A DNA stretch of 39,551 bases from Octopus sinensis. Taxonomy: Eukaryota. The notes below the pieces were generated by a model that saw nothing but the letters and a program-made list of their open reading frames with translations, made no database searches and was not told where the DNA came from. The translations under genes and the position numbers were made by a program. The stretch is from the NCBI RefSeq assembly GCF_006345805.1, contig NW_021835710.1, positions 1 to 39,551 of the forward strand. Reading direction: 5' to 3'. Positions within the stretch are counted from its first letter, which is position 1; the number at the start of each line of letters is the position of its first letter. Of this stretch, positions 11,855-22,747 are shown in pieces.

Positions 11855-12104
11855 TTATTTATTTATTTATATATATACATAAATAAATGTATATGTATAT
11901 AAATATGTATACATATATATATATGTATTTATAGATATATGTATATATAAATGTATATATGTATATATATAAATATACATAAATAAGTATAAATATAAAT
12001 ATATATATATAAATATAAATTAATATATATATATATATATATATTAATATATATATATATATTAATATATAATATATAAATAAATCTAAATTAGTATATA
12101 TATA
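11705..12104. repeat. Long TA-rich microsatellite / low-complexity tract
   Basis: Direct reading. Confidence 0.95.
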
Positions 12105-13185
12105 TTTTTTTTTCTGTAGTTTCAGCTCAGAGCTGCGGCCATGCTGATGCACCACCGTTTTGCTATACTGTTATTACTGAGAGCCTCCTCCAATATGTGG
12201 CACTTGATGAAGAATGGAGTTTGATGTTGCTACCCTCATTTCCACCTCTTGCCGTGAGGTAAGGTCATCTGGGACTCTCGACAGGAAGATTTAAAAAAGT
12301 AGACTACATCTTCTTTGTGCAGGTTCCTCAGGCTCTTTGGGAGAATATTAAAAAGCTGTGAACCCCTGAAACCCAGGCTGTTGCAGTAACTAGTCCTGAA
12401 GCGCGATGGCATTCCTGGGATCTTTGGCACTATGCACATTGGTGTATCTTTCAATGCCAAAATTTGACACAAATCCTTCCAGGATCTTCCGGATGTATAT
12501 TACTGCATACCTCTCCCGCGTCTCTCCGGGGAGTAGAGTCTTAGCTGTTTCAGCCTTTCCTAGTAGCTGAGCAGCTGCAAAGAGACGATCTTCTTTGTGA
12601 ATCTTCTCTGGATTGCTTCAAGGTCCGCTGTTAATTTCACACTGGTGGGTGACCATAGCTGTGAGTAATAATCCAGGCGGGAGGACGAATGTACTCCAGA
12701 GGACCATCATGGTTTCCTTATCTCTGGTTCTGAATGCTCTCAGGATCCATCCAGCCAGTAGTCTGCACTTTGTCACCATCCTGGTAATCTGAACTTGGAA
12801 AGAGGTATCATCACTCATGTCGATACCCAGGTCCCTCACTGATTCAAACTCTGGGATTGAAATTCCCTGTGGACCAGTGTACCCTGTCAGTTTCATATTC
12901 AGTTTTGGACGATGGTAGCGCAGGGCTTGGAATTTTTCGGCATTAAACTGCATATTATTATCCACAGCCCATCTGTAAATTGAGTCCAAATCTTGCTGCA
13001 GATGTGCAACATCGCTGGGGTTCTGTATTTTCTGCGAGACTTTCGTATCGTCTGCGTAGCTTGCAAGGGTGGTTATCCGGGCATTTGAGGGCATATCTGA
13101 GACGGCCACTATAAAAAGCAGTGGTCCCAAGACAGTGCCCTGTGGAACACCGGTCACTATTTGTGTTTTCGTAGAGAGTCTGTTG
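12105..13185 (-). mobile_element. 5'-truncated CR1-type non-LTR retrotransposon (RT C-terminal half plus 3' UTR), frameshifted
   Basis: Track ORF 12618-13208 has GVPQGTVLGPLLF, YADDTK, LQQDLD, FNAEK and VRDLGI. A shifted frame continues through LEAIQRRFTK, RRERY and LFNILP. It ends in a hairpin-bearing 3' UTR and an A-rich tail. Confidence 0.9.
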
Positions 13186-13214
13186 AAAGGGAGGTTATGG
13201 ATACCCACACAATA

Positions 13215-13446
13215 CCTATTTCTTTACTACCTACAAGGGGCTAAACACAGAGAGGGCAAACAAGGGCAGACAAACGGATTAAGTCGATTATATCGACCGA
13301 GTGCCTAACTGGTACTTAATTTATCGACCCCGAAAGGATGAAAGGCAAAGTCGACCTCGGTGGAATTTGAACTCAGAATGTAACGGCAGACGAAATACGG
13401 CGACGCATTTCCCCCGGCGAACTGACGTTTCTGCCAGCTGGCTGCC
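13215..13446 (-). mobile_element. Full-length SINE-B
   Basis: Reverse complement has an A-box-like agctggcagaaacg and B box gagttcaaattcc. Highly similar to 33357-33591. Confidence 0.85.
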
Positions 13447-13680
13447 ATTGTGTATGTGATGTGTGAACTGCATAAGGACCATTTAGTGCATGCATATCAA
13501 AGATTCTGATCCAGCATTGAAACAATCATCAAAGCTGAAGGTGTGATCATAGAATGATTCCATAAGGAAACTTATCGAAAGTATGTGCACAATCATTTTT
13601 TTATTAAAATACGTTTGGTTTTTGCTAGATTTAAGTTGCAATGCATTTCCTCAAATGCATTTCCTCAAATACCTCTCGTA
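13443..13680 (+). mobile_element. 3' end of a DD37D/maT-like DNA transposon
   Basis: Translates AIVYVMCELHKDHLVHAYQRF*SSIETIIKAEGVIIE*, resembling the ACxRFRxRIEAVIxAxGxxIE C-terminus of these transposases, followed by an AT-rich 3' flank. Confidence 0.6.
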
Positions 13681-14507
13681 CTCTGTTGTACTACATATAA
13701 TGTAACAATGGATGCACTTGATCCGGTTATTTTAGAATTGAACAACAAGAATGATCAATACACTAACGAAATACATAATAAATAAGACTATATAATATGT
13801 GTAATTGTTGAGAATTATTTTTTTAAATCGCATAATTAATTTTATATTAATATTTTTATGACGATAATTTTTAGTTCCTACCTTTTAATTCCTGTATTGC
13901 CGCTTTTTCCTATTTAAACACATTTCCTTTTATAATTCTTTTATTGGAATATTTCAGATATACTTCATGTAGATGATGATGATGGTAAAATCACAAAAAC
14001 AGCAGAATGTCAGCTAAGATGAAGATGAGAAAGAAGAAAAAAAGGATAGCAAAAAAAGTGATTAAGAGGAGATGGAGTAGAAAGCAGGAGACAACACAGA
14101 ACAGATAAGATTTGCGAAGACTTCATACCAAAGTATCTAACATCGATTAACAAAACGACGCTGGTTATAATGCTAGCGGTGGTGTTATTGGTAATAGTAG
14201 CGACGGTCTTCATGTTATGTTTTGACGGTGTTGTTGCTATTATTTAGCATCGGTATAGCTTTGATTGAGCACACATGTATTTAAAGGTACCCCATGCAGA
14301 GGTCCCTTCATGGTGTTGAGGTTGGTGGGTATGTTAATGGTGTTGATGATATAGTGATGATCGTGGTGGTGTTGATGGTGCTCTGAATCGTCATGATAAT
14401 AGGGTTGGTATGGGCTTATAAAGATGAAGATACTGATAATGATGTTGGTAGTGGTCGTTTATGACAGCGGCATTTATATTACAAAGCAATGGTGGTGGTG
14501 TTGATGG

Positions 14508-14688
14508 TGTTCTTGTTGTTTAGCCGAAGGTCTACCCAACTATGTAGACTTATATGTGATCAAAGGAATTCCAGCTAATGGCCACAACATCACTTTCCAA
14601 TATATATGTATATAGAGGACTGAGTATGTTATTCCTATACAAAAATGGCAGAGTTTGATTTGAGAGAGATTTAGACCCTATTTTCTGT
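14508..14688. repeat. Interspersed repeat-E, diverged copy
   Basis: 'gatcaaagg..ttccagc' and 'gatttgagagagatttag...ctatttt' recur in inverted orientation at 17690-17920 and in direct orientation at 37441-37560. Confidence 0.55.
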
Positions 14689-14689
14689 G

Positions 14690-14910
14690 TGCATTTCTTT
14701 GTTTAGGTTTGCCTGTAATGAGTGAGAAAGAAGGGTTTTCAGGATGCTGTTAGAGTTATACTCTGGAATTTTGTATATCCATCTTAGGGTCTGGAAGTGA
14801 GTATTTGTGTAGTTGGCTCTAGCAGCTGGAACTGTGTAATGTAAGATAGTTTGTTCCTGTTTCAAAGTATTATAAGCTAGGTTGTCCAATCCCAGTATAT
14901 TGTAAGTCAA
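14690..14910 (-). pseudogene. Possible retroelement ORF fragment (unidentified)
   Basis: Track ORF 14671-14910 is non-microsatellite and lies on an A-rich sense strand. No diagnostic motif found. Confidence 0.2.
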
Positions 14911-15489
14911 TTTACTTTATCATATTTTAGTGTATTGTATGTTAATTGTTTTCCCCTACGTTATGTATGTTACGTTGTCCTATTTTAGTACATTGTATGT
15001 GAGTTTGTCCCATTTCTGTATAGTAAATCAGTCTGTTCTATTTCAGTGGATTGTATTTCTATTTAAGTGGATTTCATTATATTTTCTTTCTTTATCTTTA
15101 TTTGCTTTATACATATATAAGTAAGTATATTTCCGCTATATTCTCCGGAGATTTTTAATTGCCAAAACAATATTCCCTATGGCATATAAATTTCCTTCGA
15201 GGCAACTATATTACTTGAATATTCGGTTTTGTTCGTGTGTAGAACAAGGACAATAACATCAGAGACAGCAACTACCACTAATACTACTTCTACTTAAATA
15301 ACAAGCAAATGTTTTATCGCACAAAAGCCCAGTCGAACTTGGAAATATATTTAAATGGTGATGTAAAAAAAAAAATGGAATACGTGGCTTCAGAAATTCT
15401 AACTGTGCGGTAATCGTTAAAATCAATCATGAGTCTAATTTTCAAATGATTAGGTAAGATTATAAGATTTGGAGAGGGACAAATTAAAG

Positions 15490-16190
15490 TCTTGTCCGCA
15501 ATAATTTTTTCATCATCTTAACTAAGTCTGCTATCGTTATGTTGATTTTCATTTTGTGTGACAAAGCTGAGTTCTTGTGAACAACATATTTAGAAGCTAT
15601 GAATTTCATGTAACAGGAGTGGAGGAGCAGAATTCTGTTGTTCAATCTCTAACCAAAGTTCAGTATGAAGGACAGGGAGTTTATTGTTAGGGTGTTTAGT
15701 GGGGTAATCTATAGTTACCTTCATACTTTGCTAGATGGAGTTAGCTACGTGCTAAATGCTCTCCATTATGCTTCTCTCAGTTTCTACAACACTGTTACCG
15801 GAGTTTGTCCTCACTAGAATATTAATGTCATTTACATACCTACAGTAAAGCAAAACAGTTGTGGATTGTTCCGCTAAGTATTGTTTAAGTTTAAAGAGGC
15901 CGGCCACATCTCCAGCCACACCGACACCAATGGTTGCGCCTTGAACCTGCATGTATAGTTTCCTGTTAAACTTTACTATGTGGTACTTCAAGGTGGTTCT
16001 TATGCTTGCCCCTATTGCATGAGAAATCATTCTTTTCACCTAACTGTTGTTCTCAGTGTCTTAGATGGTTAGAGTCCAGTCACTCCAGCGCTCTGCTGTG
16101 CTTTTCTTCACTGCCGAGGTGATGGTGGGTGATCTTCCTCTCTGTGACCTGGTGGCGCAGAATCTACTATGGTCATGGTTGTCTAGGTAG
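15490..16190 (-). pseudogene. Penelope-like reverse transcriptase fragment (decayed)
   Basis: YMQVQGATIGVGVAGDVAGLF and LLYCRYVNDINILV (RYxDD mutated). Downstream frames give MKVTIDYPTKHPNNKLPVLHTELW and CYMKFIASKYVVHKNSA, matching PLE RT C-terminal motifs (LPxLD, YxKP). Confidence 0.7.
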
Positions 16191-16454
16191 AGTCATAGCT
16201 TAGTTTAAGGAGGATGCCCAGTTTCGTGTTGACTTCACGGAACTCTACTTCTCTTTCACAGATAATCTCAATGCATTTTTCCATAGTAAAATCTAGAGGT
16301 ACACACACAAATAAACACACACACATACATACACATACATACATGCACACACATACAGATACGCAAACATGAACACACAAGCACATGAATATGCAGAATA
16401 CATATATGCATACAAACGTACGCATACATATGCATATGCACATACACGCACACG

Positions 16455-16488
16455 CATACATACATACATACATACATACATACATACA

Positions 16489-16517
<29 letters not shown>
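16455..16517. repeat. (TACA)n microsatellite
   Basis: Direct reading. Confidence 0.95.
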
Positions 16518-16519
<2 letters not shown>

Positions 16520-16778
16520 GTGTATACGCTTGCACACTGACGCACACATGTAAACAAACAAAGAGAACGCAGCTCTGATAAAGGACAGAGGCAACGACTA
16601 TTTAAAAGGTTGCAAGATGCAACATAAATTTTAGAAAATATAAGTAAATGAGTGGAAATCGAGCCGATAAGTGTATTAAATAATAAGGTACAAAAAGAGA
16701 ATGACTCTCCCCACACACTATAAAATATGCTTCACCACACGAATTCACACAAAGAATCTTGGAACCCAAATACAAAAA

Positions 16779-16815
<37 letters not shown>

Positions 16816-16850
16816 TATATATTATATATATATATACATAGACACATACA

Positions 16851-17510
16851 CAGTGTGTCCCACACATACTTAATTTTTATTCTTTTAGATTTATCCGATT
16901 AAAAGTAATGAAGGGTGCCAGACTAAACATTGAACAAAAGAAGTTTAAAATAAAGTGTGACTGAAATTTTGAAAATATTGTCGAAGTGCAAAGAGAGTTT
17001 AAGACATAATTTCAAAGAAGTTCGCTAATGCGACTTACTAGCTCCAGAATTAGAGATAAGTTGAAGCAGATGGAACTGTGCAAAATGTTCACAAGAAATA
17101 TTTCAGAAGACCGCAGACATCAACGAGCTCCACAAAACAAGAAAGTGAACTAGAAACGTATTGCCAGGGTGCAAGAAAGTCGGTGCAGCAAGCGAGTCAT
17201 GAGACAGGAATTTTAAAATCTAGCGACCGTCGCATTTTGAAGCGCAGTATTGGAAAAACTACATTCCAAGAATAGTCCTTGCTCTCAATGAAGACAATTC
17301 TAACTGAAGAGTGGGGTTTTTTGAGTGGTACTTGGCAAGATGTGAAGATGTAAAGATTGTTTGGTGTGATGTGGCTACAATTTAAATCAAATGACTCAGT
17401 TAACCGCCATAATTGCGCCTATTGGGTGCATAAGAGGTTGGAAAATTCGTACATTACGAAGGAACATCATGTTAATTCACCAACTGTTACAGTCTAGTGC
17501 GAAGTCTCTA
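16851..17510 (+). pseudogene. 5' part of a Tc1/mariner-superfamily transposon (DUF4817-type N-terminus), decayed
   Basis: A TIR-like start 'cagtgtgtcccac' follows a TA/CA tract. From ATG 16908: MKGARLNIEQKKF..NFENIVEVQREF..RIRDK/EADGTVQNVHK..RRPQTS..RKSVQQASHETGI, then IVWCDVAT/NDSVNRHNCAYW, resembling WSDEA.F.LNG.VNRHNC.YW. Confidence 0.75.
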
Positions 17511-17689
17511 CATTGTCTCACAATCTGCAACAGCCGAATTGCCCTCAAACTGGACCTCTTTTTTTAAATACATAAACAATACTTGAAAGACAGTCACGAT
17601 TGAATGTCCGTCTGCTCGATGACTGGAGGATAAACAACAACAACAACAACAACAACTAAACACCACCGACCATCCGAGTCACGAAGGGA

Positions 17690-17920
17690 CGCCTTATGCA
17701 GCCGCTCGATATACTGGAAATAGCAACTAAATCTCCTTGAAATCATATTCTTCACTGATGAAAAAGTATATTATATATGGAGTGTCGAAAACACCTGGGA
17801 ATTGTTTCTTGAAAAGAAAAATAAAGAAATAAAAATGAAAAAAAAGGCAGGTCACGCTCATAGTTTTAAGACCTTTGATCATGTCTATATGGTCAGGACT
17901 GGATTGGGTTAAGCAACAAC
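17690..17920. repeat. Interspersed repeat-E copy
   Basis: 'ggaaatagcaactaaatctccttgaaatc' and 'acctttgatcatgtct' are reverse complements of blocks at 14508-14688 and 37441-37560. Confidence 0.55.
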
Positions 17921-18011
17921 CATCACCAGCAATCACCTCCACCGTCGCTAACCTACTGTAGCACTATTAACCACCACAACCAACACTAACCTCCCCTGCC
18001 AGCACTAACTA

Positions 18012-18150
18012 CCATTACCACCACCATGACCACCACCACCAGAAACCATCACCACCACCACCACCACCGCCGCCGCCGCCGACACCACCGCTGCCGCCGC
18101 GGCCGACCCCCATCTCCGCCGACGACACCACCACCACCACCACCACCACC
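18012..18150. repeat. (CAC)n/(CCG)n trinucleotide low-complexity tract
   Basis: Direct reading. Confidence 0.9.
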
Positions 18151-19427
18151 AATTTTGACGGCTGAAAACAAATATAAGTTGGCAGCTGTAGACTGACAAA
18201 GTTATATATTTGTCTCTTAAATTCCCGCCTCCACCCATCCTATACATAACTACTTCTGAACAAAATAGCACACAATAACAAAACATCTCTTTACAAACAA
18301 CCCTACCATTAACTCACAAACTCTTTTGCTAATCACCATTACCACCACTTACTCTCTCTCTCTCTCTCTCCATCTTTTTGTTTCTCTCTCAATCTCTAGC
18401 TGTCTATGTACCTCCCTTCCTATAAATACTATTACTATCCCCTCCTTCTGTCCTATCCTGTCTCGACTGCCGCTCACCCAACGCTATCGCTATAGCTGTC
18501 GCTGTCACCGTCTCCCAGTGAAATCAGTTTAAGAGGAGTATACTAAGTCAGTATTGAATAATATGGCACTTTGCTCTATCATCGACCTACTTCTTTACGT
18601 CACGTCTGTAGAATCTATCTAGACTGAACAGTTAGTTGATGGAGAGAGTGAAAGACTAAGAGGGAGTGACTGAAAGAGATGGGAGAGGAGGAAAGAGAGA
18701 AAGAGAGGGGGTGCAGTAAGATTATCCAAAGTTTGAAAATGACAGGTTTTAGGATTTAAATACACACACGTAAAAAAAACATTGAGTTAGATATACGTAG
18801 ACATATCTACAGACATGTATATCTATGCGCATTTGGTACTGTGTGTGTGTGTATATATATACACACATACACATACATGCTCGCGTACACACATACATAC
18901 ACACGCACACATAACGAGAGGAAATATGTCTTGGAAAGATATTAAATGATGATATTACAAATAGATTAGGATAAACACAAAGACACACACACACACACAC
19001 ACTTACTCACTCACTCACACGTATGTATGTATTTAGACACTTGTCTGCCTTTTTTGCTGCGAATACAATGATTTTTACTCTTTGGAGCTGATTGGTCGGA
19101 TACTACCTTTGCCCAGACAGTCTAAACTGCTATGATTAGTCCCTTTCTCCGAGAATGTCGCCTCTGGAATTTCCTACTCGCATATGTTTTTCCTACAACC
19201 ATCGATTTGCAAATGTTTTGCTACAAATTTGCAGAATGGTCACATCATCAATCTCATCGGTCTCGGAAGGTTTGCGAAGGCCATGTGCACAGTCATTTCT
19301 TCCCTACGAAACCGGTAAAAATGTATATTAGCTATATGTATATATAACATACATTTAAGCAATAGCTCAAAATTTTTGTAAGGAGTAAAAGGAATGTACA
19401 CCAGTTATACTCATTATTTTACCAATA

Positions 19428-19815
19428 TGAGTTCAAATTCCGCCAAGGTTGACTTTGCCTTTCATCCTTTCGAGGTCAATGAATTAAGTACACAAGGACA
19501 GACATAGGTATTAAGTCGATTACATCTACCCCAGTGCGTAACTGGTACTTAATTTATCGACCCCGAAAGGATGAAAGGCAAAGTCGACCACGGCGGAATT
19601 TGAACTCACAATGTAACGACAGACGAAATACCGCTAAGTATTTCGCCCGGCGTGCTAAAGTTTCTGCCAGCTCACCGCCTTGAATTAAGTACCAATGAAT
19701 TAAGTACCAATGAATTAAGTATCAATGAATTAAGTATCAATGAAGTACCAGTTGCTAATCGACTGGCCCTCTCCCCCCAAATTTCGGGCCTTGTGCCTAG
19801 AGTAGAAAAGAATAT
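19428..19815 (+). mobile_element. SINE-B-related copy interrupted by an inverted SINE-B (19492-19681) and a 15-bp tandem repeat
   Basis: Plus-strand piece 19428-19491, minus-strand SINE-B 19492-19681, (tgaattaagtaycaa)x4 at 19681-19740, then the plus-strand tail 'gtaccagttg..aatcgactggccctctccccc..ttgtgcctagagtagaaaag'. Confidence 0.8.
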
Positions 19816-20066
19816 ATGAAGCAGAAACACATTCACAAACGTTGTCTTGTCTCCAGAAACAAAAAAAGTATTTTTCTCGATGGCATATTAATTCAGGGGA
19901 ATTAACTATGCCATCATCTCGCTTACTTATTAGGAGTCATTTCCAATTGCTGCTGAGCGTTTATATTTTTTTGTATAGTATATTTAATATAACTCTGTTG
20001 GTCTTTGTCGTTCATATTCAAGTAACTCGGGGTTATTTCTTAGCTCATATTTGCTACACACACTAT

Positions 20067-20228
20067 ATATACGATGGACTTATTTCATTTTCGTTCTACC
20101 AAATCCACTTACAAGGCTTTGGTCGGCCCGAGACTATAGTAGAAGACACTTGCCCAAGGTGCCACGCAGTGGGACTGAACTCGGTACCATGTAAGCAAGC
20201 TACTTACCACACAGCCACGCCTGCACCT
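20067..20228 (-). mobile_element. 5' half of SINE-A
   Basis: Matches the reverse complement of 10469-10628 and is collinear with 26885-27044. Confidence 0.85.
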
Positions 20229-20344
20229 ATATAGTTGAAATTTATAGAAAAACAAAAGACAAAGACAGGTGTAGGAACAACAAATATGTGTATTAGGATG
20301 ACGCTCCGGGAAAATGGAAAAACCTTTTACGTTTTGTACCTACA
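20229..20344 (-). mobile_element. Fragment of a Penelope-type terminal repeat (same family as 33860-34068)
   Basis: Reverse complement 'gtaggtacaaaacgtaaaagg...ggagcgtcatcctaatacac...tctttgtcttttgtttttctataaatttc' aligns with 33969-34066. Confidence 0.6.
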
Positions 20345-20362
20345 AGTACATACATACATACA

Positions 20363-20396
<34 letters not shown>

Positions 20397-20737
20397 CATA
20401 CATACATTCATATATATACAAGGAAATAGGATAAGATAGAAAATGCTAAATTAATTTTATCATCACGAACCAGTTTCAGTCTTTGCAACTTTTTCAACTT
20501 AGAGTAAAGCATGAAAAACAATTAAACTGAGGTAAGATTAAATAAAATATTTTTTGTTTGTGATATTTACATAGTTTTCAAATAGGTGAACATTTTCCTT
20601 TTTTCTGCCCTTCTCTCTTTGGCTTTTGTGAAGGTTCGGTAGGTAAGTAGTAGTAGATCTGAATAATATTTAATATGAGGTATGGTGGTTCGGGATTTTG
20701 ATTGTTTAAGCAGCAGTAGCCGAGGAGAGAGACGGCA

Positions 20738-20838
20738 AAGAAGAAGAAGAAGAAATAGAAAAAGAAGAAGAAGAAGGAGAAGAAGGAGAAGAAGTAGGGA
20801 AAGAAGAAGAAGGAGAAGAAGTAGGGAAAGAGAAGAAA
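20738..20838. repeat. (GAA)n purine tract
   Basis: Direct reading. Confidence 0.9.
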
Positions 20839-22125
20839 ATGACGGGAGTTCTATGATAGTAGTAGACTGGTGATAGAGTCTTCTAAAATGGTCAAATGAC
20901 CTAAAAGTGACCTGTTGTGGATATACCAGCAGTGAATGTAATGGTTCTGAATAAATTCATGGTAGCGACTGTTTTGAATATATCATTTTTAATATTTGCG
21001 TGGGTATTATTCTAAAACACTTGTAGTTGTGTCATCTGTGGTTTAAGCATTCAAAATATTTTGCGATAAAATATGACTCTTTGTTGATGCGCTGATTATA
21101 GGTTGCATCGTCCTTGAATTGATAGAGGGGAACATTTCTGAAGTTGGGTTGTTCGTTAGTGGCGCAAATGTCGGTGTGTTCGCTAAATGCTATTTTTCTG
21201 TATTCCCGAATTTTAATGTGGGATCTATGTGGGGTCAAACTCTGGCGTATACTATTTTTGGTTTGGCCTATGTATTACTCTCAACACCCTGAGCAAGTTA
21301 ACACATATATTAGGTTTTCCGAAGCACACCTGAAGTTGTTTTTCACTGTAAAACGTTGACTTTGTTTGAAGGAGAACTCCGATCCCTCAGGTTGACTCAT
21401 ATACCACAGGTAGGTCTTCCGCATTTTTTTTACTAATGGTTTCAATATTGTTGCCGAGTGTACTTGGGCTTGTGTTAGGAGACTTTTTATTGACTTGGGT
21501 TGTCTTTTGCTCTTTATGAAGGTGTGCGTTTGGAGGATTAGATTCATTCTGTGGTCCCTTTTTAGTAGAAGAATGTTCAAGAGGATGGTGTCGAAAGCGT
21601 CATTGTTAAAGGGGCTGTGTGTGAAGATGTATGGTAGGGCTTTTGGTTGTAAGTACTTCTTTAGTTTGGGGTGTCTGAATTCGTGGATGTTGCTTGTAGG
21701 GCACGTTGAAATCCTATATCAATTAGTGATGTTGGGTAGTTCCTGCTGATGAATGTATCCTTTCGTTCATGTAGTCATGTGTTCTTGGTGCTTGTTTTAC
21801 AAATTATAGTACAAATCATTTTTGTCAAGTTGAAGAGGATATTTATTATAATGTGTCTGGGGTGGCATGAGTTGAACAGTAGATATTGTTTGGAGTCCGT
21901 GGGCTTAAAGTGTATGTATTTTCTATTTTGTTGTTGGATTTTTTAATGAGTATGCTGAGGAATGGAAGTTGATGGCTATAGTCCTTCATAAATTGAATAT
22001 TCATGTCAAGTCTATTTAAAAGCGCTTGAAATTATTCAAGTCACTCTATACTTTCACTTGACCATTTAAGAAGACTCTACCACCAGTCAACTACTGTCAT
22101 ACCACTCCCGTCTTTTTCTTCTTCT
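20831..22125 (-). mobile_element. 5'-truncated Penelope-like retroelement (RT thumb plus GIY-YIG), decayed, with inverted flanking repeats
   Basis: LLNRLDMNIQFMKDYSHQLPFLSILI and FKPTDSKQYLLFNSCHP (RT C-terminus). NFRCASENLIYVLTCSGC*E*YIGQT continues in frame into track ORF 21032-21238 (..RINKESYFI). Inverted arms at 20831-20895 and 22058-22122. Confidence 0.85.
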
Positions 22126-22208
22126 TTCTGATCTTCTCGTACTCCTTGTTGTTCTTTCAATTATCCTGCTCCTTGTTGTTCTTCTTTCTCACCTACCCCA
22201 TGTTGTTG

Positions 22209-22248
<40 letters not shown>

Positions 22249-22277
22249 ATATAATATATATCTATATATAAATATGT

Positions 22278-22478
22278 TTTCTCTCTAGTTTCAGCTCAGA
22301 GCTGCGGCCATGCTGATGCACCGCCGTTTTGCTACACTGTTATTACTAAGCGCCTCCTCTAATATGTGGAACTTGGTGAAGAATGGAGTTTGATATAGCT
22401 ACCCTCATTTGCACCTCTTGCCGTGAGGTACGTTCATCTGGGACTCTCGACAGGAAGAGGTCCAGCTTTGATTTAAAA
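22278..22478 (-). mobile_element. 3' terminal fragment of the CR1-type LINE
   Basis: Highly similar to 12105-12300. It retains a 13-bp segment absent from that copy. Confidence 0.9.
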
Positions 22479-22489
22479 ACCCCTACATT

Positions 22490-22559
22490 ATATCTATATA
22501 TAATATATACATATATATATCTTACATATCTATTATATATATCATAACTATATATATTA

Positions 22560-22602
<43 letters not shown>

Positions 22603-22606
22603 ATAT

Positions 22607-22640
<34 letters not shown>

Positions 22641-22743
22641 ATATATATTATATATATATATTATATTTGTATGTATGATATATATATATATATGTATAAT
22701 ATATTATATAATATATCTATATATATATATATATATATATATA
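22490..22743. repeat. (TA)n-rich microsatellite
   Basis: Direct reading. Confidence 0.95.
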
Positions 22744-22747
22744 GTTT

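Noticed and set aside
18005-18286. GC-rich ORF with poly-W/R/A/V runs
   Set aside because: It is a translation of (CAC)n/(CCG)n trinucleotide repeats.
19681-19750. Regular short repeats, possible CRISPR array
   Set aside because: The 15-bp units are contiguous with no spacers, derive from SINE sequence, and lie in a eukaryotic context with no cas genes.
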